This document shows positions 54,447 through 64,000 of a DNA stretch of 64,000 bases, one piece after another. Source of the DNA: Alphaproteobacteria bacterium (GTDB taxonomy: Bacteria > Pseudomonadota > Alphaproteobacteria > MPNO01 > UBA830). The stretch spans positions 256,001 to 320,000 of the forward strand of contig OZ219791.1 in assembly GCA_964291215.2 (NCBI GenBank), written 5' to 3'. The notes under the pieces are model-generated. The model had not been told where the DNA came from. It was given only the letters and a program-made list of their open reading frames with translations, and did not search any database. The stretch's first letter is position 1; each line of letters starts with the position of its first letter. A program made the position numbers and the translations under genes.

Positions 54447-55925
54447 ATGTTAAGATTGGCACAGGGCAACGTGCGCGAACTGAAGAATTTCGTCGGCGGG
54501 CAGTTCGTCGCCGGCGGCCGCACCTTTGAGAACACGACGCCGGTCGACGGGACGCTGCTATCGCATGTCCACGAGGCGACGCGCGAGGTCGTCGACCGCG
54601 CGGTGGAGGCGGCCGGAGCGGCGTACCGGGAGACATGGGGCCGCATGCCGGTGGCCGCGCGCTGCGACATCCTCTATGCCGTCGCCAACGGCATCGACGC
54701 GCGGTCGGACGAGTTCATCGAGGCCGAATGCCTAGACACGGGTAAACCGCATTCGCTCGCCAGCCATGTTGACATTCCGCGCGGGGCCGCCAATTTCCGC
54801 GTCTTTGCCAACCTCGTGAAATCGGTTGGCACCGAAGCCTACCAGCAGGACACTCCCGACGGTGCCGGCGCAATCAACTATTCCGTGCGCCAGCCCCACG
54901 GCGTGGTCGCGGTCATCAGCCCGTGGAACCTTCCGCTTCTCCTTTCGACATGGAAGATCGCACCGGCGATGGCGTCGGGCAACGCGGTGGTGCTGAAACC
55001 GTCCGAGGAGACGCCGACCACGGCGACGCTCCTCGCCGAGGTCATGGCTGCAGCGGGCATGCCCGACGGGGCGTTCAACCTCGTCCATGGATTCGGGCCC
55101 GGCTCGGCAGGCGAGTTCCTCTCCACTCACCCCGGTGTCGACGCCATCACCTTCACCGGCGAGACCACCACGGGAAGCGCGATCATGCGGGCGGCCGCCG
55201 ACAGCATCAAGGCGCTTTCCTTCGAACTCGGTGGCAAGAATCCCGCTATCGTCTTCGCCGATGCTGATTTCGACGCAGCCCTTGAGGGCACCGTACGGTC
55301 GGTGTTTGCGAATTGCGGCCAAGTCTGCCTGTGCTCGGAAAGGGTCTATGTTGAGCGGCCGATCTTTGACAGGTTCGTTTCCGCGCTTGCCGAGAAGGCA
55401 GAAAGCATGAATCTCGGCCGGCCCGAGGACCCCGACACCCAGATGGGGCCGCTGATCAGCCACGAGCACCGCGACAAGGTCACCGGCTACTACGCGCTCG
55501 CGCGCGAACTCGGCGCCGGGATCGTAACCGGCGGCGGTGTGCCGAAATTCGGCGACGAACGCGACGACGGCGCCTTCGTCGAGCCGACCATCCTTGTCGG
55601 CCTGGCCGAGGATTCGCGCATCCAGAAGGAGGAGATTTTCGGCCCGGTGTGCCACATCACGCCGTTCGACAGCGAGGACGAGGCCGTCGCGATGGCCAAC
55701 GACACCGATTACGGTCTCGCCTCGACCGTGTGGACGACGAACCTCGCACGCGGGCATCGCGTCGCCCAGCAGATGGAAGCCGGCATCAACTGGGTCAACT
55801 GCTGGTTCCTGCGCGACCTGCGCACGCCGTTCGGCGGCATGGGGCTGTCCGGCATCGGGCGCGAGGGTGGCCAGCACGCGCTCAATTTCTATTCCGAGCA
55901 GAAGAACATCTGCATCAAGCTCTAG
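54447..55925 (+). CDS. dmpC: 2-hydroxymuconic (or 2-aminomuconic) semialdehyde dehydrogenase, XylG/DmpC-like
   Basis: [45 protein letters not shown]. Confidence 0.88.
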   Translation: MLRLAQGNVRELKNFVGGQFVAGGRTFENTTPVDGTLLSHVHEATREVVDRAVEAAGAAYRETWGRMPVAARCDILYAVANGIDARSDEFIEAECLDTGKPHSLASHVDIPRGAANFRVFANLVKSVGTEAYQQDTPDGAGAINYSVRQPHGVVAVISPWNLPLLLSTWKIAPAMASGNAVVLKPSEETPTTATLLAEVMAAAGMPDGAFNLVHGFGPGSAGEFLSTHPGVDAITFTGETTTGSAIMRAAADSIKALSFELGGKNPAIVFADADFDAALEGTVRSVFANCGQVCLCSERVYVERPIFDRFVSALAEKAESMNLGRPEDPDTQMGPLISHEHRDKVTGYYALARELGAGIVTGGGVPKFGDERDDGAFVEPTILVGLAEDSRIQKEEIFGPVCHITPFDSEDEAVAMANDTDYGLASTVWTTNLARGHRVAQQMEAGINWVNCWFLRDLRTPFGGMGLSGIGREGGQHALNFYSEQKNICIKL

Positions 55926-55935
55926 GAAATCAGTC

Positions 55936-56730
55936 ATGACCTCCGCCAAAGACGAGGCCGTCAAGAACGCCGCACAGCGCATCCGCAGGGCCTGGAACAC
56001 CGGCCGAACGACGCGCCCCATCCGGGATGCGTTCGATGTCGGCGACATCGACAGCGCCTACGCGATCCAGAAGACCAACACGGACATATGGATTCGCGAG
56101 GGGCGCCGCGTGATCGGCCGCAAGATCGGCCTCACCGCCAAGGCCGTGCAGGCGCAGCTCGGCGTCGACCAACCCGACTACGGCATCATCTTCGCCGACA
56201 TGGCGGTGACCGACGGCGACGAGATTCCCTCCGGGTCGGTCAGCCAGCCTCGCGCTGAGGGCGAGATTGCGCTTGTCCTTGATGACGATCTCGACGGCGA
56301 ACAGCTGACGCTGCTCGACCTGATCGATGCCACCTCCTACGCGTTGCCGGCGATCGAGGTGGTCGGCAGCAGGATCGCCAAGTGGGACATCAGCATTCTC
56401 GACACCATCGCCGACAACGCCTCGGCCGGGATGATCGTGCTCGGCACTAGGCCAACTGCGCTCGCGGACCTCGACCTGCGGCTGTGCGGCATGGTTATGG
56501 AGAACAACGGCGAGCAGGTCGCGGTAGGCGCCGGCATGGCGTGTCTCGGTAATCCGCTCAACGCGGCGCTCTGGCTTGCCCGCAAGATGGTGAATGTCGG
56601 CATGCCGCTGACGGCGGGCGACGTGATCATGACTGGGGCACTCGGACCGATGGCGCCGGTCGGCGCCGGCGACATCGTCGAGGTCAGGATTTCGGGCCTT
56701 GGCAGCGTCCGCGCCGCGTTTTCGGGATAA
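55936..56730 (+). CDS. mhpD: 2-keto-4-pentenoate hydratase
   Basis: [31 protein letters not shown]. Confidence 0.88.
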   Translation: MTSAKDEAVKNAAQRIRRAWNTGRTTRPIRDAFDVGDIDSAYAIQKTNTDIWIREGRRVIGRKIGLTAKAVQAQLGVDQPDYGIIFADMAVTDGDEIPSGSVSQPRAEGEIALVLDDDLDGEQLTLLDLIDATSYALPAIEVVGSRIAKWDISILDTIADNASAGMIVLGTRPTALADLDLRLCGMVMENNGEQVAVGAGMACLGNPLNAALWLARKMVNVGMPLTAGDVIMTGALGPMAPVGAGDIVEVRISGLGSVRAAFSG

Positions 56731-56741
56731 GGGGGCAGACG

Positions 56742-57680
56742 ATGGCAGCGAGCAGGGCCGGGGCGGCGATTGTCGGCTCCGGCAATATCGGCACCGACCT
56801 GATGATCAAGGTCATCGAGACGTCCGATGTCCTAGAAATGGCCGCGCTCGTCGGAATCGATCCTGAGTCCGACGGTCTCGCTCGAGCCCGGAAACTCGGA
56901 ATCCCGACGACCCATGACGGGCTCGAGGGGCTCGTGAAGATGCCTGAATGGAGCGATATCGCACTGATCTTCGATGCCACCTCCGCCGGCGCCCACCGCC
57001 GCAATGCCACGATCTGCGAGGAACACGACAAGATCATCATCGACCTCACGCCGGCAGCGACCGGACCCTACGTGGTCCCGGTCGTCAATGTCGACGAGCA
57101 TCTCGATGCCCCGGACATCAACATGGTTTCCTGCGGCGGCCAAGCCACGGTGCCGATCGTTCATGCGGTCAATGCCGTATCCCGGGTGCGCTATGCGGAG
57201 ATCGTGGCCTCGATCTCGTCGCGCTCCGCCGGGCCCGGCACCCGCGCCAACATCGACGAGTTCACGGAGACCACATCGCGCGGGCTCGAAGTGGTCGGCG
57301 GCGCCGAGCAGGGCAAGGCGATCATCATCCTCAACCCGGCCGAGCCGCCCTTGGTCATGCGCGACACCATCTACACCCTATCCGACGACGCCGAACCGGA
57401 CGATATCGCGAAGTCGGTGGCCGCCATCGTCGAGGACATGCAGAGCTACGTGCCGGGCTACCGCCTCAAGCAGGAGGTCCAGTTCGAGCGCTTCGGCTCC
57501 AACAATCCGCTGCACATTGCCGGGCGCGGTGATTTCCAGGGAATCAAGTCCTCCGTCTTCCTTGAGGTCGAGGGAGCGGGCCATTACCTTCCGACCTATG
57601 CCGGCAATCTGGACATCATGACCTCCGCCGCGCTGCGCACCGGCGAGCGGGTCATCGAACGCCGGCTGGCGGCGGCCTGA
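56742..57680 (+). CDS. mhpF: Acetaldehyde dehydrogenase (acylating)
   Basis: [41 protein letters not shown]. Confidence 0.95.
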   Translation: MAASRAGAAIVGSGNIGTDLMIKVIETSDVLEMAALVGIDPESDGLARARKLGIPTTHDGLEGLVKMPEWSDIALIFDATSAGAHRRNATICEEHDKIIIDLTPAATGPYVVPVVNVDEHLDAPDINMVSCGGQATVPIVHAVNAVSRVRYAEIVASISSRSAGPGTRANIDEFTETTSRGLEVVGGAEQGKAIIILNPAEPPLVMRDTIYTLSDDAEPDDIAKSVAAIVEDMQSYVPGYRLKQEVQFERFGSNNPLHIAGRGDFQGIKSSVFLEVEGAGHYLPTYAGNLDIMTSAALRTGERVIERRLAAA

Positions 57681-57694
57681 GCCGGAGAGCGGTC

Positions 57695-58744
57695 ATGGCC
57701 ATCGACACCGAACGCCGGATATACGTCCAGGACGTGACGCTGCGCGACGGCATGCATGCGATCCGCCACCAGTACGGGCTCGATCATGTCATCGCCATAT
57801 GCCGGGCGCTCGACGAGGCCCGGGTCGATTCCGTCGAGGTCGCCCACGGCGACGGCCTGTCCGGCATGTCCTTCAATTACGGGTTCGCCAAGGAAACCGA
57901 CCTCGACTACATCGCCGCCGCCGCCGATGCCCTGGAACACGCCAAGCTGGCCACGCTGCTGCTCCCCGGGATCGGGACGGTTCACGATCTGCGCGAGGCC
58001 TACGAAGCCGGTGCGCGGTCGGTGCGCATCGCCACCCATTGCACCGAGGCCGACATCTCGAAACAGCATATCGAGTTCGCGCGCGAGCTCGACATGGACG
58101 TTGCCGGCTTCCTCATGATGGCGCACATGAATCCGCCCGAGCCGCTGTCGCGCCAGGCCAGACTGATGGAAGAGTACGGTGCGCACTGCGTCTACGTGAC
58201 CGATTCCGGCGGTGCGCTGCTGCCCCACGAGGTGGCGGAGCGTTTCCGCGCCTTCAACGATGTGCTCAGGCCCGAGACTGAGACCGGAATCCACGCCCAT
58301 CATAACCTGTCGTTCGGCGTCTCCAATTCGATCGTCGCGCTCGAGCACGGCGCCACCCGGGTCGATGCGTCACTCGCCGGGATGGGCGCCGGCGCGGGGA
58401 ACTGCCCGCTCGAGATCTTCGTCGCGGTCGCCAACCGGATGGGCGTCAATCACGACTGCGACCTGTTCCTCCTGATGGACGCGGCCGAAGAGCTGGTGCG
58501 GCCGCTGCAGGACCGTCCCGTCCGCGTCGACCGCGAAACCCTGGCGCTCGGCTATGCCGGGGTCTATTCGAGCTTCCTGCGCCATGCCGAGACCGCGTCG
58601 CAGACCTACGGCCTCGATACCCGTGAGATTCTCATGGAGCTGGGGCGGCGGCGCATGGTCGGGGGGCAGGAGGACATGATCGTCGATGTCGCGCTCGACA
58701 TCGTCAAGGAACACGAAGCCGGCGCCGCTCAGGGTGACGGCTGA
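57695..58744 (+). CDS. dmpG: 4-hydroxy-2-oxovalerate aldolase (DmpG type)
   Basis: [38 protein letters not shown]. Confidence 0.95.
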   Translation: MAIDTERRIYVQDVTLRDGMHAIRHQYGLDHVIAICRALDEARVDSVEVAHGDGLSGMSFNYGFAKETDLDYIAAAADALEHAKLATLLLPGIGTVHDLREAYEAGARSVRIATHCTEADISKQHIEFARELDMDVAGFLMMAHMNPPEPLSRQARLMEEYGAHCVYVTDSGGALLPHEVAERFRAFNDVLRPETETGIHAHHNLSFGVSNSIVALEHGATRVDASLAGMGAGAGNCPLEIFVAVANRMGVNHDCDLFLLMDAAEELVRPLQDRPVRVDRETLALGYAGVYSSFLRHAETASQTYGLDTREILMELGRRRMVGGQEDMIVDVALDIVKEHEAGAAQGDG

Positions 58745-58771
58745 GCAGGTATCGGGGCAACGGAGTTCGCC

Positions 58772-59539
58772 ATGGCAGACTGGGCAATGATCGCACAAAA
58801 GCTGGACGACGCGGCCTGCGCGGCGCGCGCGATCCAGCAGTTTTCCGACAAGATCGAGTATTCGCTGGAGGATGCTTACAGAGTACAGCACCTGGTGGTC
58901 GGACAGCGGATCCTGCGCGGCGAGAAGCGCTGCGGCATGAAGATGGGCTTTACCAGCCGCGCCAAGATGGCGCAGATGGGCATCAACGACATGTGCTGGG
59001 GCCGCCTCACCGACGGCATGATCGTCGAGGACGGGGATTCGCTGTCCCTGTCGCGCTACGTTCATCCGCGCGTTGAGCCCGAGATCGCGTTTCTGCTCAA
59101 AAGAGAGCTCCGCTTTCCCTGTACGGCTGCCGAAGCGCTAGCCGCGGTCGACGGGGTAGCGCCGGCGATGGAGATCATCGATTCCCGCTACCGGAACTTC
59201 CGGTTCTCGCTCGAGGATGTGGTCGCGGACAACGCTTCGTCGTCGGGGTTCGTTGTCGGGCCCTGGCATTCACCCGAACGGGATCTCGACAATCTCGGCA
59301 TGGTGCTCGAATTTGATTTCAGGCCGGTGCAGATCGGTTCCTCCGCGGCCATTCTCGGCCACCCGGTGCGGTCGCTGGTAGCTGCCGCGCGGCTCGCCTG
59401 CGAAGCCGGTGAAGTCCTCGAGGCGGGCTGGATCATCATGGCTGGCGGCGCGACGGCGGCGGAAGCGCTGGGCGCCGGCATTCACGTGCGCAACAGCGTG
59501 CAGTTCCTGGGCACGGTAAGTTTCTCGGTCGCGGAGTAG
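58772..59539 (+). CDS. dmpH: 4-oxalocrotonate decarboxylase
   Basis: KMGFTSRAKMAQMG, HPRVEPEIAF, DVVADNASSSG. Confidence 0.88.
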   Translation: MADWAMIAQKLDDAACAARAIQQFSDKIEYSLEDAYRVQHLVVGQRILRGEKRCGMKMGFTSRAKMAQMGINDMCWGRLTDGMIVEDGDSLSLSRYVHPRVEPEIAFLLKRELRFPCTAAEALAAVDGVAPAMEIIDSRYRNFRFSLEDVVADNASSSGFVVGPWHSPERDLDNLGMVLEFDFRPVQIGSSAAILGHPVRSLVAAARLACEAGEVLEAGWIIMAGGATAAEALGAGIHVRNSVQFLGTVSFSVAE

Positions 59540-59636
59540 CCGGGGCGCACGGGACGGGAATTGCGCGACAGGGCCGCATGGCTTTGCCGGGGAACGAGCG
59601 CGAACCGCCGCGATCCGCTGCAAGGGGAGACCCCGA

Positions 59637-60473
59637 ATGGTCGAAACACTTGATCGCTTGGCAAGTCGTGAACAGGTTCGCACCTTTCACGAAGACGGAG
59701 CTGTCCGTGTCCGCAATGTGATCGACGGGCACTGGCTCGATGTTCTGGAAAGAGCATTTGACGAGGCGGTAGCGGCGCCGGGCGTGTTCTCCAAGACCTA
59801 CGGGCCCGAGGGGAGCCCCAGATACTTCACCGATCACCGCCTGTTCAACCGTTTCGAAAGGTTCCGCAGGTTCCTCTTCGACGGTCCGCTTCCGCAGCTT
59901 GCCGCGGAAATTCTGGGCGCGTCGCGCCTCGATCTCTATGACGAGCACCTGCTGATCAAGGAGCCCGGATCGCCGACGCCCACCTACTGGCATCACGACA
60001 TGCCGTACTTTTCCATCGACGGCTATGATCTTGCGAGCATCTGGTTCTCCCTCGACCCGGTTCGCGAGGAAACGGGCGCACTGCGTTTTGCCAAGGGCTC
60101 GCACAAATGGGGCAAGCTCTTTCAGCCGGTCAAGATCGGCCTGAACGAGCCGGTGACCAGTTTCGACAGGGACAATCTTGTGGCGGCCGTTCCGGATATC
60201 GACGGAGACCCCGAACGCTATCCGACGGTGATGCTGGAAACGGAGCCCGGGGATGTCATCGTGTTTCACGGGCTTGCGCTGCACTCCTCGGGCCCGAACA
60301 CGCGAACCGATGTCAGCAGGCGCGCCCTCTCCTATCGTTTCGCCGGCGACGACATACGCTGGAAGAACCGGTCGGAAAAGCCTCTCATATTCGAGCGCGG
60401 CCTGAACGATGGCGACCCGCTGAGCCTCATTGGCGACGAGTGCCCGCAGGTGTGGCCTGCCCATTGCTCATAA
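59637..60473 (+). CDS. Phytanoyl-CoA dioxygenase (PhyH) family Fe/2OG enzyme
   Basis: WHHDMPY (HxD), KGSHKW, PGDVIVFHGLALH..N..RRA. Confidence 0.88.
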   Translation: MVETLDRLASREQVRTFHEDGAVRVRNVIDGHWLDVLERAFDEAVAAPGVFSKTYGPEGSPRYFTDHRLFNRFERFRRFLFDGPLPQLAAEILGASRLDLYDEHLLIKEPGSPTPTYWHHDMPYFSIDGYDLASIWFSLDPVREETGALRFAKGSHKWGKLFQPVKIGLNEPVTSFDRDNLVAAVPDIDGDPERYPTVMLETEPGDVIVFHGLALHSSGPNTRTDVSRRALSYRFAGDDIRWKNRSEKPLIFERGLNDGDPLSLIGDECPQVWPAHCS

Positions 60474-60480
60474 ACGCCGT

Positions 60481-61915
60481 CTAGCCCGAAGTTCCCGCCG
60501 ATTTCAGCAGAAAAATCACGGCAACTGCTTGATTGTGTTGACAAAATAAGGCGATGATGATGTGAAAATTTTCCCATGTAATGATGAGATTTTCCCTTGA
60601 CACAACGAGCTTTAATCCCCATATACGTTGCCATGTACGTAGACATCGTCCCCAACCGCAACTCGCCGTCCTCCTGCGCGAAGGATGGCGCGAAAACGGC
60701 AAGGTCAGAAAGCGCACCAATCTTTCCTCCTGGCCCATGGAAAAGGTCGAGACCCTGCGGCGCCTCTTGAAGAACGAACCCCTCGTCGGTCATGCCTTCG
60801 ACATCGTCCGCTCCCTTCCCCATATCGCCGCAGTGCTGGGAACCCTGAAGAAGCTGGACAGGCTGATCGATCCGAAGCCCTCGCACGATCAGGTCCTGGC
60901 CATGATCGTGGCACGCATCCTCGAGCCGGCCTCGAAGCTGGCCAGGGGGCTGGCCACAGCGGTCTCCACCCTGGCCTCGATGCGGAGATGGACGAGGATG
61001 CCCTCTACGGCTCCTGGAGCGTCAGGAGAGGATCCCCTGGCGGCGCCTCGAAGAGGGCTGCCTGGTGCTCCTGACTTCAGTGTGGATGGAGGGGTGTCCC
61101 CTGGCCAAACGGGGTCATTCCCGGGATGGCAAGAAGGGCAAGCTGCAGTCGGCCTTCTGTGCGATCGGGACGGCTGTCGGTGGAAGTGTTCCCCGGCAAC
61201 ACGGCGGACCCCGTGCGTCACAGATCACCACGCTGCAGGAGCGCTTCTCCTTGGCGAAGGTGGTGGGCGACCGGGGGACCGAGGCCCGCGAGGAGGTGAA
61301 GCCCGCAGGCCAGCGCCTTGAGGGGCATCCGCGCCCTTGTGGAGGCCGGCGATGTCGAGATGTCGCTCTTCGACGAGAGAGACCTGGTGGAGATCACCAG
61401 CGATGCGTATCCCGGCGAACGCCTCTGCCGCAACCCCCTGCTGGACCGGGCCCGCAAGCGCCAGGAACTGCTCGAGGCCACCGAGGTCCTGCCTGAACCG
61501 ATCGCAGCAGCGACACGGCGCGACAAGCGCCGGGAAGATCGGGGAGAGGGTCGGCAAGGTCATCGGCAAGTACAAGATGGCGAAGCACTTCACGTGGTCC
61601 ATCGACGACGACGGTGTCTTCACCTATGGGCGCGATGAGGCTGCCGCCGAGGCCAGGCTCCTCTACGTGATCCGCCTGCCGCAGAGCGAGCTCGACGGCA
61701 CGGTGCGCGCCTACAAGCGGTTGAGTTCGGTGGAACGGGCCTTCCGCAGCCTCAAGACCGTGGATCTGAAGGTCCGTCCCGTCTACCACCGCCCCGGACC
61801 CACGTCTTCCTGTGCATGCTCGCCTATTACGTTGAATGGCACATGCGCCAGAAACTGAAGCCCATGCTGTTCGACGACGAGGATGCCGAAGGCGGTCTTC
61901 CGTCGTGGCGCCGGC
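60481..61915 (+). mobile_element. IS1634-family element, degraded and truncated
   Basis: MYVDIVPNRNS, LLREGWRENGKVRKRT, GHSRDGK, YKRLSSVERAFRSLKT..VRPVYH. Confidence 0.8.
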
Positions 61916-62301
61916 AGGGATCACTGCAGACCAGTTCCGTGCCCCGGAACGCAAAGCCGGCCAGGAACGCGTGGATACAGCCGTGGATCAGTTTCACCGG
62001 ATAGTCGCACCCGAACCCGTCCAGCGCTCCCGGTCGATCCCGATCGAGCGCCGGCGCCTTGCGCTTCACCAGCGCGCCGCCTCCGAGATGCGTTTCCACA
62101 TACAGATCATGCGGGGGCTGGAGCCCCGGAAGCAGCTGGCACAGCCCGCTCGTCGCCTTCGATCCAAAGTAGCCCACTGGCGGTCCCCGTCGTTCTCGAT
62201 GACCGTCACTGAACGAATCGGGCTGCAATGTCAAATCTCCACGAAAGCCCGTTCGTTGCTCTACCCCGACATCAAGCCGGAACCAGGGGGTGAGCAGTTA
62301 C
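61916..62301 (-). mobile_element. IS66-MTase left-end fragment
   Basis: GTAACTGCTCACCCC end; GYFGSK..ETHLGGG..CDYPVKLIHGC..CSDP. Confidence 0.82.
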
Positions 62302-62369
62302 CCCGAAACTTCACATGGAACGGCAAGGGGACTGTCGATCCGGATCGCGATCCCAGATTAATCCAGGTT

Positions 62370-62609
62370 CGAGAACAACACCGGCGAGTAGAAAATCCGG
62401 ATGGCAAAGGTCAAGATCAAAGTGTCCGGATGCTTCCGAATCCCGCTCCACGCCGAGGCCTGGCGCCGAATCTCAATCTATCTCACCTCCATGGCCGCAC
62501 TCGGCTACAGCCCACTCGTCGCCATCCAGATCGCACTCGCCGGAAACGCCGGCGACATGATCAAAATGCACAACACAAAACCCGCCTCTAAAGAGGGATG
62601 AGCAGATAC
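62370..62609 (+). mobile_element. IS66 right-end fragment (related variant)
   Basis: KIRMAKVKIKVSGCFR..YLTSMAALGY; end GATGAGCAGATAC. Confidence 0.75.
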
Positions 62610-63010
62610 AGGGAGAGAAAACACCGGGCCCGATCACGGTCGAGCCTGTTTCTTCCGTGTTCCGGGTGCCTCATTCATCTGAAACGTGTCGTTCTCGAAA
62701 GACCGGACGGAACATCGCGTTTCCGGCGATCCCGTCCTGCCTGAATTCCGGCACGCATCGCAGCCAGCGAGGGATGCAAACGCTTCGCCTTGTCGCGCCA
62801 GCAGGGCGCAGTGCGATCGCCGGCAGAAAAAGCCGGACGGGGCTCTTTGCCGGCGCCGTCCCCGTTGCAGCGGAACGACCTTCCCGTGTTCAGTCGACCC
62901 GACGCGACGAACCCGTATTTCCGAAGCTCGCCCTGCCGCAGGATGTGTCCTGACAGCATGCAGTCCCCTGTCCACCGGCATGGTCCGAAGATGAGAGCAG
63001 AAATTCGGTC

Positions 63011-64000
63011 CTAACGGCGTAGCATGGCGGCGAGGAAGATGGTGCTGATTACCGAACAGCCGAGCATGACCGCAGCCATCGGCAGCGGCGTTCCGTCATG
63101 GAACAGGCCCACGCACAGTCCGGCGGCCGCTCCGCAGCCGTAGCGGAAGGCACCGACCGCGGCCGAGGCGGTTCCGGCGAGGTGCGGGAAATACTCAAGC
63201 GCGCCGGCGGCGGCGTTGGCGTTGATCATGTTGAGCGGCAACGTAAAGATCATGATCCCGGCGATTGCGCCCCAGACTCCGAAGATGCCGGATGCGATAA
63301 GCCCGAACGCCGCTACGGTCCCGGCCAGCAGCAGCAGCGTGCTGGCCACCATCATCCGGTAGACGCCGGCGGTCTCGACATAGCGGGCGTTGAGCCAGCC
63401 GCCTGCCATGACGCCGGCGACATTGATCATGAAGACATAGCCCATCTCCTGGGGCTCCAGACCGTAATATTCGATGAAGACGAACGGGGCTCCAGAAAGA
63501 AAGGCAAACAGGGCGCCAAAGGTGACGCCGCCCGAAAGGATGTAGCCGAGCGCACGGCGATGCGAGAGAACGACGGCATATCCGCGGAGCAGCGACACGA
63601 TGCCCGGCGATCCGCGCCGATCCGCCGGCAGCGTTTCCTGGATGCGGAAAACGGTGATCAAAAGCGCCGCCAGCCCGATTGCGGCGAGAACCCAGAACAC
63701 GGCCCGCCAGCCCACCCAGATCAGGATGTAACCGCCTGCAAACGGCGCGACCATCGGGGCGAACAGGATCGCGATGAGCATTATCGACATGATTCGCGCC
63801 ATTGCCGTGCTCTCGTAGAGATCGCGGACGATGGCACGCGAGAGAACGGTGCCGGCGCCGCCGCCGACGGCCTGGAGGAAACGGAACAGGATCAGCGACG
63901 AGATGTCGGTGCTGAGCGCGCAGAGCACCGTCGCGGCAATGAACAGCACGACGCCCGACAGCAGCACCGGCTTGCGTCCGAAACGGTCGGACAACGGCCC
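63011..64000 (-). CDS. Bcr/CflA-family MFS efflux transporter (5' end outside window)
   Basis: SDRFGRKPVL, FRFLQAVGG, RAIVRDLY, AGTASA. Confidence 0.9.
   Translation of the reverse strand, partial: GPLSDRFGRKPVLLSGVVLFIAATVLCALSTDISSLILFRFLQAVGGGAGTVLSRAIVRDLYESTAMARIMSIMLIAILFAPMVAPFAGGYILIWVGWRAVFWVLAAIGLAALLITVFRIQETLPADRRGSPGIVSLLRGYAVVLSHRRALGYILSGGVTFGALFAFLSGAPFVFIEYYGLEPQEMGYVFMINVAGVMAGGWLNARYVETAGVYRMMVASTLLLLAGTVAAFGLIASGIFGVWGAIAGIMIFTLPLNMINANAAAGALEYFPHLAGTASAAVGAFRYGCGAAAGLCVGLFHDGTPLPMAAVMLGCSVISTIFLAAMLRR

Noticed and set aside
62610-63010. Short overlapping ORFs downstream of the MFS gene
   Set aside because: No recognisable domain or consistent frame
1-64000. CRISPR array or cas genes
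   Set aside because: No regularly spaced direct repeats; the recurring sequences are dispersed IS ends

Overview
GC-rich alphaproteobacterial chromosome segment (Rhodospirillales-like gene content and order; a host-associated lifestyle is inferred, not shown). By my tally about 55% of the window is mobile DNA. Intact host islands are asd-sdhCDAB-zapE, fdxA, carD, a class III nucleotide cyclase, pip, tRNA-Arg(CCT), msrA, a Mn/Zn/Fe ABC transporter, a lower meta-cleavage operon with a PhyH-type dioxygenase, and a Bcr/CflA exporter. Between them lie nested, microdeletion-riddled IS piles (IS21, IS66, IS110, IS256, ISKra4/ISLre2-like, ISAzo13, ISAs1, IS4, IS30, IS1634) and a group II intron. Highlights: (1) two lineages of IS66 elements carry a compact N6-adenine DNA methyltransferase gene upstream of the transposase; one copy is nearly intact, and there are five degraded full-length copies (four with their own 8-bp TSD) plus end fragments. 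(2) Two IS110 copies have bridge-RNA guide segments that co-vary with their actual insertion sites. (3) Mobile DNA is pervasively shredded by small deletions, and one three-breakpoint block swap is lossless. (4) A composite transposon built from two inverted IS66 left ends carries an AAA-ATPase/PD-(D/E)XK gene. (5) DUF4338/DruA-like domains ride in several IS types. Family assignments come from motif recognition by eye; no database searches were run.
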